This document shows positions 8,029-18,230 of a stretch of DNA of 36,754 nucleotides, in pieces. Under the pieces are notes generated by a model. The model was not told the origin of the DNA and made no database searches. It saw only the letters and a list, made by a program, of their open reading frames with translations. Both the position numbers and the translations under genes were made by a program. Positions within the stretch are counted from its first letter, which is position 1. Each line of letters begins with the position of its first letter. This stretch comes from Methanotrichaceae archaeon (GTDB lineage Archaea > Halobacteriota > Methanosarcinia > Methanotrichales > Methanotrichaceae). The stretch covers positions 1-36,754 of the forward strand of contig CAVWIG010000034.1 of assembly GCA_963754945.1 (NCBI GenBank). The letters are read 5' to 3'.

Positions 8029-8067
8029 TTGCCGTTGGTTAGAATTACGAAATCACAGGAGACGAAA

Positions 8068-8346
8068 ATGATCATACAAGTCAGATCGTTTGCGAGTTTC
8101 AGGGACATCCTTGGAAAAGAGCTTAGCGTGGAGCTGAAGGAAGGCTCCACAGTTAAGGACCTTCTGGACGATCTTATCTCGACTCGACAGAGGCTGAAGT
8201 TGGCAGTCTTCGATGAGTCAGGCAAGGTCAAAGAGTACGTGATCTTGATGAAGAACAGGAAGAACATCGAATCCCTAAGCGGGCTAGACACGGAGCTAGC
8301 CGAGGGTGATGAGGTGGCTATACTTCCTCCTGTGGCAGGGGGATAG
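8068..8346 (+). CDS. MoaD/ThiS-family ubiquitin-like sulfur carrier (SAMP1-like)
   Basis: FASFRDILG and C-terminal DEVAILPPVAGG; GGAG upstream of ATG 8068. Confidence 0.9.
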   Translation: MIIQVRSFASFRDILGKELSVELKEGSTVKDLLDDLISTRQRLKLAVFDESGKVKEYVILMKNRKNIESLSGLDTELAEGDEVAILPPVAGG

Positions 8347-8542
8347 AATTGTATTAAATGAGCGACTTTTTTATTTCAATCATCAATGCGATAGCCAGAG
8401 CTATGCATAACATTTCTTGATCCATTATGTATCTACAAATATCTTGATTAGCAGCTAATCGATATTGATGAACTTGCTCTTTGGAGAAAGATAGGCAGCT
8501 AGGCATAAAAATGAGCGATGAAAGCCCTTTTTCCCCCGGATT

Positions 8543-9399
8543 TTAATTGGACAGATCAATAAAGTCTGTGACAATTTTGGCGAGCTGGTAAGGATACTGA
8601 TACATCAGGCCGTGGCTGCCCCTTCGAACTGAACCAGCCAAGAGACATTTATCCTTTGGGACAGAATAAACGCATTCCCAGGAGGCGTTATGATATCCTC
8701 CTTGCCGGTGACTACAAGGGCAGGCGACTTTATCGAGGCGAGTCGGTCGAAGGTACCTGGCCACGTTGCGATTGCCTGGGCCTGACGTTCTATATTCTTT
8801 GGAAGCGATGTCTCTTTGGTAAGGGGAACCACTTATAGAAGGCTGGCTGCTTGGACAACCAATCCTTTGGGAAGAGGAGGTTGAATAGCCTCATGCCTCT
8901 TTCTTCTGGGAACCCAGTGGTATTGGATAGATCTTTTAGAGCCCTGGGGGAAGGCATGACCGCTTCTTTTCCACCACAATCGCCTGCATATAAAATGATT
9001 TTATTCACTCTCTCAGGGTAACGGATGGCCAGCTCTTGAGCTATGAACGATCCCATAGACCAACCCAGTATGTCGGCCTTTTCTATGTTTAAGGCTGCCA
9101 TAAGGCCCGCAGCGTCATTGCAAACTGAGCTATAGAAAAATTACCCGGTGGTGCCGTTGTATTTCCCATTCCTCGGTTGTCGAATATTATTACTTTGTAC
9201 TTGGAGGAGAGGTTATCCAAGAAAAGAGGTCCCACATATCCATCGTGGAGCTGTAGCCCATGATCAGCACTACAGGGTCTCCCTGGCCCAGGACTCTGTA
9301 AGAGATGTTGATATCTCCCACGGGTACACTTTCAACTCCCTGAGTCAAGAGTAAACAGGTCGGTGTCGTCTTGGCAAGCCTAACGGGGATTTGGGACAT
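8543..9399 (-). pseudogene. Alpha/beta-hydrolase pseudogene with at least 4 frameshifts
   Basis: Fragments PVVLIMGY, IFDNRGMG, LGWSMG, LVVTGKED and HGLMYQYP lie in different frames (shifts near 9235, 9120, 8825, 8615). Confidence 0.85.
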
Positions 9400-9617
9400 A
9401 TTATGCCATCTTCTACGTCATCGTAAAGCAGGAGGTAATGACGACTAAAATAACGAAAGGCAGGCCTCTTCCAGAATGGTCGTTAGCGTTTAAAAGTTGA
9501 GGGTAGCAGCAGCCTGCCAACGAGATCCACTGCAGCCTCAAGATCTCTTTGATGAGCTTCACATCCAACGATGAGTAGTGGAGTATCGAAGATATCCCGT
9601 GGAGCATGGTTCCGGAG

Positions 9618-10079
9618 CTACCTTCGCAACTCTAGCCATATGCTCACAACGGAGATGCTTATGAGGTTGAGAGTGGTGGCGGCATACCAAAGATAGGATT
9701 CATTGATATTGAGAAGTTTTATCCAGCCAGACCAGAGGACGAAGCAGATGATGCCGAAAGCTATCAGGGTATCAATGGCCAGGAACAATTTTGGTTTTTG
9801 GAAAAATCCCCCGAGCTGGGCAAGAGTGCAGAACTCGATTGGAGACTCACGACCTGCTGCATCGAAGGCTATTCTGACAAGGTTCATTACTAAATCCACA
9901 GAGGCCCAGAGGATGACCAACCAACCGAAAAGAACAAGACCGGCCCGGATGCTCAACACTCCAAAAAGGAGCTTGAAGATGCAAAAGGGGACACCGATGG
10001 TCATTGCCTGGAATTTTGGTGTCTGAAAAAAACTCGTTTCTATCTTTTGTAAAGATTCCTGAACAGGTTGGTCGTTCAT
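9618..10079 (-). CDS. Hypothetical membrane protein
   Basis: 153-aa ORF with about 4 hydrophobic segments; GGAG upstream. Confidence 0.75.
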   Translation of the reverse strand: MNDQPVQESLQKIETSFFQTPKFQAMTIGVPFCIFKLLFGVLSIRAGLVLFGWLVILWASVDLVMNLVRIAFDAAGRESPIEFCTLAQLGGFFQKPKLFLAIDTLIAFGIICFVLWSGWIKLLNINESYLWYAATTLNLISISVVSIWLELRR

Positions 10080-10379
10080 CTCTCCTCCAAGACTAGCTTA
10101 GTAAAAGAGTATTAGACAATCATAATATATTAATTTTACTACATCTATGACTCTCTAGATCATTTGTTCATCTGACGGAAGGCAATATAAATTTGCTCTC
10201 TTTTCCAGATGTTTTGTATTTTAAAATTAGGTAGAGTATTCCTAAAAACTAGCTTTCAACAAGCTTCTATTCTTTCTTTCAAGATTCACTACCGAATGAC
10301 CTAGCCTTTTGGTTCAATTGTTATGAATTTCATTGAATTAGCCCTCTTTCAATCTGTTCTTCGATAGCTTTCGCTATGT

Positions 10380-11463
10380 TCAGATGACGTTGGCTTTTTT
10401 CAATGTACAGAGCTGAAACAGGTCAAAAGCGAAAGCTGTAACCATCAATTCAACATGAACCCTCTTGACTGTTGTAACCAACACTCTTCCCATCCCAAAT
10501 ACTCTTTTTATAACTGCATGAGGTCGTTCTCCCGGAGATCTTAGTTTGCTTATCAACCTGTTTCGCTCTTTATCAAGCTCCTCAAGAGGCTTTTCTGATG
10601 TTCTGCGTTTCATCGTGAAATCGATACCTTTTGCTTCAGCGCCAAAATATCCTCTATCTCTAAGGACGATTTCATCTTTGGTTGATAAGTCAACCTGACT
10701 ATCATGCAATGAAGCGGTTGTTGTCTCGATTTCGCGTATTAGGCAGTAATCGATATCGGTTTTTTGGTGCAGCTTATATCCAAAATGAGTCTCATTTCCT
10801 TTCTTCGCCCAGGTTCCATCTCGACTGCGTCGAGTCTTAGCATCCTCACCACGAGATTTTTTTGAAGAACCGGGATCTGCTTCAATGAATGTAGCATCTT
10901 GCACCGTTCCACACTTAACCTGCAAACCCATAGCGACTAACTGTCTTTGCAGTTCTGACCAGATCAACTCAGCTTTCCCGGATTCTGCAATGCGTTGCTT
11001 GAATAGCCATATCGTTCGGGAGTCTGGCAAAGGATCAGGATAATCAAGGAACGCCATAAATGATATGCGGTCAGCCATTTGTCTTTCAATTCCCAAATCG
11101 CTCAGACCATGCCATTTCTGAAGGATCAAAATCTTGAACATCAGGATGACATCGCAGTTTGGTCTTCCACCTTTCTCGCTTTTATTATCGTACATCTCTT
11201 CGAGAATTTGGCGGAAAGGTGCCCAGTCAACGTTGCGTCGGCGGACCCCGCTGCAAGCAGCGGGGCATGTTCCCGCCGACGCATAAAAATGCTCTACAAA
11301 ATCTGAAGCATCCTTAAGTTGGAGTTACATGCTCTTTATCCCAGCCGCAGCAAGCTGCGGGGTATTGCGTTTTAAAATCAATCTTATTCGATATCTCTGA
11401 GAGTCGCGACTTCTCTTGCTTGGCATGGAGACCTTTAAGCATCCAAGTAGTAAATGAATCCAT
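10380..11463 (-). pseudogene. IS5-family transposase split by the insertion at 11226-11376
   Basis: Removing 151 bp restores a 933-nt ORF the same length as the intact copy; GGRP, QDATFI, FGYKLH, DRGY and RSPGER motifs. Confidence 0.9.
11226..11376 (-). mobile_element. 151-bp non-autonomous IS200/IS605-type palindromic element (PATE/MITE-like)
   Basis: Absent from the sister IS5; no target duplication; inserted 3' of TTGAT on the minus strand and ends in TTGAC; related subterminal hairpins CCCCGCTGCAAGCAGCGGGG and CCGCAGCAAGCTGCGG. Confidence 0.8.
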
Positions 11464-11533
11464 AGTATATAATAGTATTAATAGTATATAAACATTACTA
11501 TGATTAAAGCCAGGTAGGTTTATAGGAATTCTC

Positions 11534-12378
11534 ATGAATGCTCTTTTAATCTCGGCGACCATTCCTTCTGGTGAAGATGCCCGAACCGTCTCACCAAAGA
11601 TACGCTTGATCGATGAGAAGAAGCCTTCAACTGCCCACCTTCTACCGTACTGATGCATTTGCTTCCAACCCTTATAGCCCATTTTTTTGAATTCCAGAAC
11701 CGCTGTTGACCTGGCAGATACATCTTTGCCTACTATCGCGTTCTCTCTGATCTTAATCCCTGGACAATCTACACCTTTCGATTTCATAAATTCAAATGCG
11801 TCGTTTGTGTCATATGCGCCATCCATCAACCCCTCCTCAATATTGACGTCTTTCAACAAAGGGCGCAAAACCTCGCTATCCGAGGTGTCTTCTTCTGTAA
11901 CTTCCATAGACAATAACCTCTTTGATTCAACGTCGACTGCCACATGAACTTTAAGCCATCCTCGCCGCTGCTTTCCGTGTTTCTCGCGCATCCAATCCCC
12001 TCTATTTGTTACCTTTATCCCAGTTGAATCAACTGCAACAACAGCGTCGTTCTCTGGTATCTCTATTCCAAGATCTTGCTTAGAGATTCGCTTATGGAGG
12101 GTGGTATAATCTGCCGCCACCAATCATGGTTCATAGGTCGAAAGTCGTCCAAAGAATCCTTCAAGTTGACGATATGGCATTCGGAAAAAAGAGTATATTA
12201 TTGATGCAAAAGTTATAAAAGTGTTAGGGTATTTGTATGGAGCGCCTGTTTTCTTTCTATTCATTTCTCTTAATTCCCAACTCCAGTTCTTCACACAACT
12301 CAAATCGAGATAGAATTCGCCTCTTCGAACAAGTTGGGCATTATATTCTGGCCAGTCTCTATTATCAATATAGTTCAT
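11534..12378 (-). pseudogene. IS903-group-like transposase with an internal TGA (12124-12126) and a C-terminal truncation
   Basis: DWPEYNAQLVRRG, ADYTTL, VDSTGIK, WLKVHVAVD, DGAYD and YGRRWAVE motifs; the two track ORFs are contiguous and in the same frame. Confidence 0.85.
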
Positions 12379-12424
12379 GACACAATATTTATATTTAAAC
12401 TATTTAAGCTTAATCGACACAGCA
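11534..12424 (-). mobile_element. Truncated IS5-family (IS903-group-like) IS
   Basis: End TGCTGTGTCGATTAA at 12424 (minus strand); the other end is replaced by IS5 copy 1. Confidence 0.8.
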
Positions 12425-12874
12425 GATTAAATGAATCAAGAGATCATTTACAAAAGTATGACCTGTCATTGCGTGCCTTATGCGAATTAGGCAAGTTATA
12501 TAAAGATCTATACGAAATCAAAGGCAATGAAGAAGATTTAATTTCCGGAGTAACTTTTTATGAAAGAGCTAAGAATCTAATGGGAGAGTTCCATCCTGAT
12601 CGACCTGCCATATTGAATAGTTTAGGGAATTTATTGTTAGAACAGTTCATAATAGAACGAAATCCTCTTTTCCTTGAAAAAGCTATAGAAAACTTCCAAA
12701 AAGCGGAAGAGTTCTATAAAAACACGTTAGCTTTTGAAACCATAAATCGAAATGTAAGACCTATTGTTCTCAACGGTTTAGGAAATGCCCTACGCGAAAG
12801 GCATGCTGTTACGGGAAATAGAGTTGATTTAAATAATGCGACATTAATTTATGAAAAAGCTTTCAGACTTGCGA

Positions 12875-12991
12875 TGCTGTGTTGCATAAATTTGCTAAAA
12901 TCGATATGCATCGGAGCATATCAGTAATGATAGGTAAATGAGCAAAATCGATAGCAATCGACATCGTGGTTCTGAGTTATGCAACACAGCA
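12875..12991. mobile_element. 117-bp MITE
   Basis: Perfect 15-bp IR TGCTGTGTTGCATAA; 8-bp TSD ACTTGCGA (12867-12874, 12992-12999); excision restores AFRLATENSP. Confidence 0.93.
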
Positions 12992-14060
12992 ACTTGCGAC
13001 AGAAAATTCTCCAATACATTCGGTAATCCTTAACAATTTGGCACTAAGCCTTCAAAACCGATTTGACCAAGATAAGAACCTCGCTGATCTTGATGAAGCG
13101 ATCAAGATTTGGCATGAAGCTTTACTTCTTCCGCAAAATCCTAAAGATCTACCAGATATATATAGTAATTTGGGAGAAAGTCTTAAACACCGATATATAT
13201 TTAAATATAATGATCTTAATGATAAGGAGGACGCGATTAAAGATTTAAAAGATGCGATTGAGTTTTCTCAAAAAGCAATCAATTCACCTTCAATTAGGCC
13301 TATTGATGAGGCGCTCTATTTGGGTAACTTGGGTAATCAATTGAGTGAGCTACATGCCTTCTTTAAGGATTCTTCTAAACTAGAGGAGGCGAATGATATT
13401 TTGGACAGAGCTATTGCATCCTTTGAGAAAGTAATTACCATCTTGCCAGAGGGATCAAGAGATAAGGCTGGTTCCTTCAATAATCTTGGTCGAGCTTTAA
13501 GAGACAAATATAATCTAACCAATGATGCCTCTTTTCTCATCAAGTCCTTTGATGCCTATAACAAAGCAAGTAAATCTTTGTGTTCCGCCTCCCATGCGGC
13601 TTCAATTTCTTACAAGTTTGGTGTACGCAAGATGTTGGGCGATATAGATGATATGCTCATAGAAACCGCTCTAAAACTAAGAGACTTAGCCTCCAAAGAT
13701 TCGAATATTGATGGTATATGTGAGCTGAATTGGGGGCAAGAAGCGATGGTTCATGCAGAAGGGATCAAATCTAGCATACTCGTAGAACTTCTTGGTAGGC
13801 GCAATATTCCCGTGCCAAGATCTATCCCCAAAAATCTGATTGAAACAGAAGAAAAATTGTTGAAAGAACTTGATGAGATCGATTTGAGGGACTTGTCTAG
13901 ATTCGGCGAGCACACGATCTCGACTGAAACGTCTGGTGCAAGGTCAGCTAAACTCCGAAAAAGGCAAGAGTTGATACGCGAACTTGAAGGTCTTTGGTAT
14001 CAAATAGAATCATTTGGTCCTGAGTCTAAGGAATATATTAGTTTGCGAAGAGGAGATAAG

Positions 14061-15331
14061 GGCAGTGTAACGATTTTTCTGTACTTTGATAATAAGAATG
14101 ATTATCGGCCCTGTATCCTATCCAATCTTGAGAAAAGGAGGACACAGGACCATGATACCCATAGCACTCTTGGAAGATTACCTTATCGATCAGGAAGATG
14201 GACTAAAGAAGCTTCTGACCTGGTTCTTGAACCTTGTAATGCAGCTAGAAGCGGCGCAACAGGCAGATGCAGAACCGTATCAGAGAGTCGAATCCCGAAA
14301 GGCACATAGGAATGGCTACAAGGAAAGATCTCTGAAGACGCGAGTTGGAGAGCTCCGACTCAAGAAACCTCAATTCCGTGAAATTTCCTTCGAAACCAAG
14401 GTGTTCGACAGATTTTCGCGCGTAGAGAAGGCTTTGGTCAACGCTGTACTCGAATCGTATCTCCAGGGGGTTTCAACCAGGAGAATCCAAGATATTGTCT
14501 CTCGATTTGGCATCGAGAATTTATCTGCCTCTAGCGTTTCCAGGATATCCAAAGAGCTTGACGAGAAGGTAGAAGAATTCCTGAAGAAACCTATCGAACG
14601 TCCTATTCCTTATCTTTATGTAGATGCAAGCTACTTCAAAGTAAGAACAGAATCAAGATATGTTACCAAAGCTTTCATGATCGTCACAGGTGTTAGAGAT
14701 GACGGTTATCGCGAGATACTTGGCGCAAGAATAGCTGACAGTGAAGATGAACTCTTCTGGTCGGGATTATTTCAAGATCTGGCGGATCGTGGGTTGTCCG
14801 GAGTAAAGCTCGTGATATCAGATGGTCATAAGGGAATCCAGAAAGCGGTTGAGAAATCATTTCTTGGTGCTTCATGGCAAATGTGTCACGTTCACTTTTC
14901 AAGAGCGGTCTTGAGAAACGTTGCCAAGAAGTATCATAAGGAGATCGCCGATAAGATCAAGATCGCTCTGGAAGACGAAATCAAGATACAGGACTTAGCG
15001 AAAGAATTGAGGGAAAGAGGTTATGCGAAATCTGCTGACACTATCGACCGCTTCAGATTCAGTCTGTGGAATTACAGGGCATTCCCCAGAGGTCACTGGA
15101 GAAGGATTCGGACTACAAACGGGCTGGAGAGGATCAACAAGGAGCTGAAAAGAAGATCCAGGGTAGTCGGTGCCTTCCCAAGTGAGAGCTCGTTCATGAG
15201 GTTAGGGGTTTCGATCCTCATCGATATCAACGAAGAATGGCTGACCGCTAAAAAGTATTTATCTATGGATGCTGATTGAGTATGTTGGGATACAGGGCAA
15301 CTCCAAATTACAGAAATCTCGGCACACTACC
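14061..15331 (+). mobile_element. IS256-family IS, 1271 bp
   Basis: Imperfect IR GGCAGTGTAACGATTTTTCTGTA / GGTAGTGTGCCGAGATTTCTGTA; 8-bp TSD GAGATAAG (14053-14060, 15332-15339). Confidence 0.95.
14152..15279 (+). CDS. IS256-family transposase
   Basis: RNGY, YLQGVSTR, YLYVDA, ISDGHKG, WQMCHVH and TTNGLERINKELKRR motifs; GGAGG upstream of ATG 14152. Confidence 0.95.
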   Translation: MIPIALLEDYLIDQEDGLKKLLTWFLNLVMQLEAAQQADAEPYQRVESRKAHRNGYKERSLKTRVGELRLKKPQFREISFETKVFDRFSRVEKALVNAVLESYLQGVSTRRIQDIVSRFGIENLSASSVSRISKELDEKVEEFLKKPIERPIPYLYVDASYFKVRTESRYVTKAFMIVTGVRDDGYREILGARIADSEDELFWSGLFQDLADRGLSGVKLVISDGHKGIQKAVEKSFLGASWQMCHVHFSRAVLRNVAKKYHKEIADKIKIALEDEIKIQDLAKELRERGYAKSADTIDRFRFSLWNYRAFPRGHWRRIRTTNGLERINKELKRRSRVVGAFPSESSFMRLGVSILIDINEEWLTAKKYLSMDAD

Positions 15332-16577
15332 GAGATAAGCCTTCATGGGATGATCTTAGGAATTTGGTTAAGGATCCATCTACGGCTTTACTTTCACTTT
15401 TTCCTTTGGCTGGAAAAACAGTTATGTTTATCCTAAGGCCGGGTTGGGAGGAGCCAAAAATAGTAGAGATCCCATTCGGTAGTGATGCTCAAGTAGATAT
15501 GTGGCGTCGATTTCGAAGAGAGATCCACCTGTATGCATATGATAGTCAAACAAAAGAGACTTGGGATCGCGACGTAATTAAGTTGCTAGTAGAAGCCTGC
15601 AGTTATTTGGATGGCGTCGACAAAGTTGTTTTCAGCCCAGGGAGATTTGGATGCTTATTACCTTGGGAGGCATTATTACAAAAGGCAGCCGTAGATGTCG
15701 ATTGGACTACGATTCCTAATTTGAAAATTTGGTCTCTATTGGAGAATTACGAAATTGAAGATACAGGTTCTTCGCTGGTTGTAGGAAATCCAAAAGGCGA
15801 TTTGATTAGCGCTGAAACAGAAGCTCAAAAAGTAGCCAAATCGCTGAACACAACGCCATTAATTGGTCCTCAGGCAACAAAAGAGACCGTTTTGGATTAT
15901 TTGCCAAGGGCAGATATAGCACACTTTGCGACTCACGCCTATTTCTCGTTGACCAATCCTCTCGACTCAGGCATCGTCCTTGCGGATGGTGTTTTAACGA
16001 TACGAGAAATCATAGATCTCAATCTTCATCTCAAACTTCTGGTTTTATCCGCCTGTGAGACTGGAATGAATAGTTCTTTAGGTGGAGATGAAATGACCGG
16101 ATTCTCTCAGGGTTTTCTTCTTGCTGGGGCAAGGTCAATGTTGGTCAGTCTCTGGAAGGTAGATGATCTTTCTACAGCATCCTTGATGACTTCTTTCTAT
16201 AATGCATGGATTAACGGCGGTGTTAATAAGTCGAAAGCTCTAAAATATGCAATGACAGAGATTCGTAAACTCGATAATTGGAAACATACCTTTTATTGGG
16301 GAGCTTTTACATTAAGTGGTGATATATCTAAATTTCGTTAATATTTTACCGCCATGTAAAAGAAAATACGAAAATTCTTGTCCATTAAATTTGCATCTAG
16401 TCGATCTAATTCCCATTCGATTCAATTATCTATAATACTGGTATTTTGCGTATTACAGCTCATTTGGACATGTTAGTCTAGCCGAAGGCAAAGCATAGAT
16501 ACTCAAGAAGCGGAATACTCTAGGATATGAGCCTGCCAGAGCAGCCGGAGATCTCCAAGGATTTGATACGAGAGGGC

Positions 16578-16802
16578 ATGAGGTCTTACCATTTTTCTGT
16601 CGTCATCGAGAAGGATCAAGATGGTTACTTTGCCTTCTGCCCGGAACTTCAAGGAAGTTACACTCAGGGATACGCTTATGAAGAAGTCTTGAGCAACATC
16701 CGTGACGTCATCCGCCTTCACGTTGAGGACAGGCTGGAAAGCGGCGAAGAGATTCCCCAGCCCGAATATGTCAGCATGACTTCTCTGGATATAACCATAT
16801 GA
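16578..16802 (+). CDS. hicB: HicB-family antitoxin (short form)
   Basis: VVIEKDQDGYFAFCPELQGSYTQG...EEVLSNIRDVI motif; no C-terminal DNA-binding domain. Confidence 0.85.
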   Translation: MRSYHFSVVIEKDQDGYFAFCPELQGSYTQGYAYEEVLSNIRDVIRLHVEDRLESGEEIPQPEYVSMTSLDITI

Positions 16803-17029
16803 GCGAGGAGCTTCCGAGAATAACAACATCTAAAGCGATAAAGGCTTTAGGAAAAGCTGGATTTGTCTTGGTACGACAAAGCGGAAGCCATAAGATTTTC
16901 AGGAATAAAGACGGGCAGAGGGTTACTGTTCCTTATCATTCAGGGATGGACCTTCATCCCATGATTTCAAAAAGCGTTCTGAAAGATGCAGATTTAACTC
17001 TTGAAGAGTTCAAAGAGCTTATGGGATAA
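16799..17029 (+). CDS. hicA: HicA-family mRNA interferase toxin
   Basis: GFVLVRQSGSHKIF...VTVPYH; ATGA overlap with hicB. Confidence 0.9.
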   Translation: MSEELPRITTSKAIKALGKAGFVLVRQSGSHKIFRNKDGQRVTVPYHSGMDLHPMISKSVLKDADLTLEEFKELMG

Positions 17030-17069
17030 CAAAATTAGTATTTAGAATTATTTTTAGATTAATAAAAAT

Positions 17070-18230
17070 TCACGCTTCGGCCTCGCCCAGCAGCCTGTCC
17101 ACAAGCCACTTTGGCTCGAACTTGACCAGGTCCGGGTAATCCTGCCCTATGCCCAAAAACAAAACCGGCTTGCCAGTGATGTAGGCTATGGATATGGCCG
17201 ACCCGCCCTTGGCGTCGGCATCCGTCTTCGTCAGAATGGAACCGCCGATGGGCACTGACTCGTTGAACAGCCGCGCGCGCTCCACAGCATCGTTCCCGGC
17301 TATGGCCTCATCAACGAAGATCAACAGGTCAGGATTGGTTACCCTCACGATCTTCTTCATCTGGTCCATGAGATTGATATTGGTGTGCAGCCTTCCGGCC
17401 GTATCTGCCAAAACAACATCTTTGTTGTGGGCCTTGGCGTACTCCACTGCATCGTAGATCACGGCCGCCGGGTCTCCTCCGGTCTTGTGTTTGATGACTT
17501 TCAGCCCCAGCCGCTCGCCATGAACCTCCAACTGTTCGATGGCCCCCGCCCTGAAAGTGTCGCCTGCCGCGAGAACAACGGAGTAGCCCTGGTTCATGAG
17601 GTACCTGGCCAGCTTGGCTATGCTGGTGGTCTTGCCTGTGCCGTTCACGCCTACGAACAGGATCTTGACAGGCTTTTCTTTGGTTTTGATGTATTCGTCG
17701 AAGTCCAGATGATTCGCTGAGAGCATCTTCGTCAAGGCGGATCGCAGGGCGTCCTCAGCGAGCTGGCCTGTGTTTGCCCCAATCTTCTTTTTGTGGCCTA
17801 CCAGCTCAGATTTAACAGAGCTGACAATCTTTTCTGCTACGGGCAACGCCACGTCGCTCTCCAGCAGGGCCATCTCCAGAGCCCAGAGTGGATCTGTCAG
17901 GTCTTTCTCGTCCAGGATGATCTCCTGCTCGAAGACGATGGACTTGGCCTTGTCAAGGATTGAAAACCTGTTCTTGGGCTTTGCTGAATTGTTTGCAAAA
18001 TCAGTGTTTAAAATCGAATTGGCACCAGCTTTATTTGCCGGACCGGATTTCTTCTCGTTAGCCGACTTGGTCTGCTTTTCAGTCTTTGAAGACGCAGTCT
18101 CGGCGGTTTCTTCCTTGATGCGATCGGCTTCCAGCTCCGCTTGCTCCTCCTTCCGGGATGCCTTCTCCAGGAGCTTGGAGGACAGTGCCTCTTTGAAGCC
18201 GGAGAGCTTCTCTTTAAAGCGGTTAAACAA
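17070..18230 (-). CDS. ftsY: SRP receptor FtsY
   Basis: GVNGTGKTT, DTFRAGA, DTAGR, TKTD and AKGG motifs; probable TTG start at 18230. Confidence 0.96.
   Translation of the reverse strand: MFNRFKEKLSGFKEALSSKLLEKASRKEEQAELEADRIKEETAETASSKTEKQTKSANEKKSGPANKAGANSILNTDFANNSAKPKNRFSILDKAKSIVFEQEIILDEKDLTDPLWALEMALLESDVALPVAEKIVSSVKSELVGHKKKIGANTGQLAEDALRSALTKMLSANHLDFDEYIKTKEKPVKILFVGVNGTGKTTSIAKLARYLMNQGYSVVLAAGDTFRAGAIEQLEVHGERLGLKVIKHKTGGDPAAVIYDAVEYAKAHNKDVVLADTAGRLHTNINLMDQMKKIVRVTNPDLLIFVDEAIAGNDAVERARLFNESVPIGGSILTKTDADAKGGSAISIAYITGKPVLFLGIGQDYPDLVKFEPKWLVDRLLGEAEA

Larger units (their letters stand above)
10234..11533 (-). mobile_element. IS5-family IS (copy 1), interrupted by a 151-bp insertion
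   Basis: Ends GAGTATTCCTAAAAAC / GAGAATTCCTATAAAC; near-identical to 35209-36359; flanks GGTA/ATGA do not match, so no target duplication. Confidence 0.92.
12425..16341 (+). pseudogene. TPR-repeat + CHAT (caspase-like) protease gene, multiply interrupted, 5' end missing
   Basis: Repeats LNSLGNLL/LNNLALSL/YSNLGESL/FNNLGRAL; CHAT HFATH and LSACETG motifs; removing the MITE and the IS256 with one TSD copy each gives one open frame of 836 aa from 12427. Confidence 0.9.

Noticed and set aside
9413-9607. 64-aa minus-strand ORF
   Set aside because: No recognisable motif or RBS; may be decayed sequence next to the hydrolase pseudogene
11314-12123. 269-aa ORF as a single intact transposase
   Set aside because: Chimera: IS903-like body read through into the IS5 end, the IS5 transposase N-terminus and the mini-element
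12124-12126. In-frame TGA as possible selenocysteine or readthrough
   Set aside because: Lies in an already truncated transposase at a non-catalytic position; a simple nonsense mutation is more parsimonious
12334-14309. ORFs 12334-12927 and 12966-14309 as separate TPR genes
   Set aside because: Their starts and ends lie in IS/MITE DNA; they are fragments of one TPR-CHAT gene
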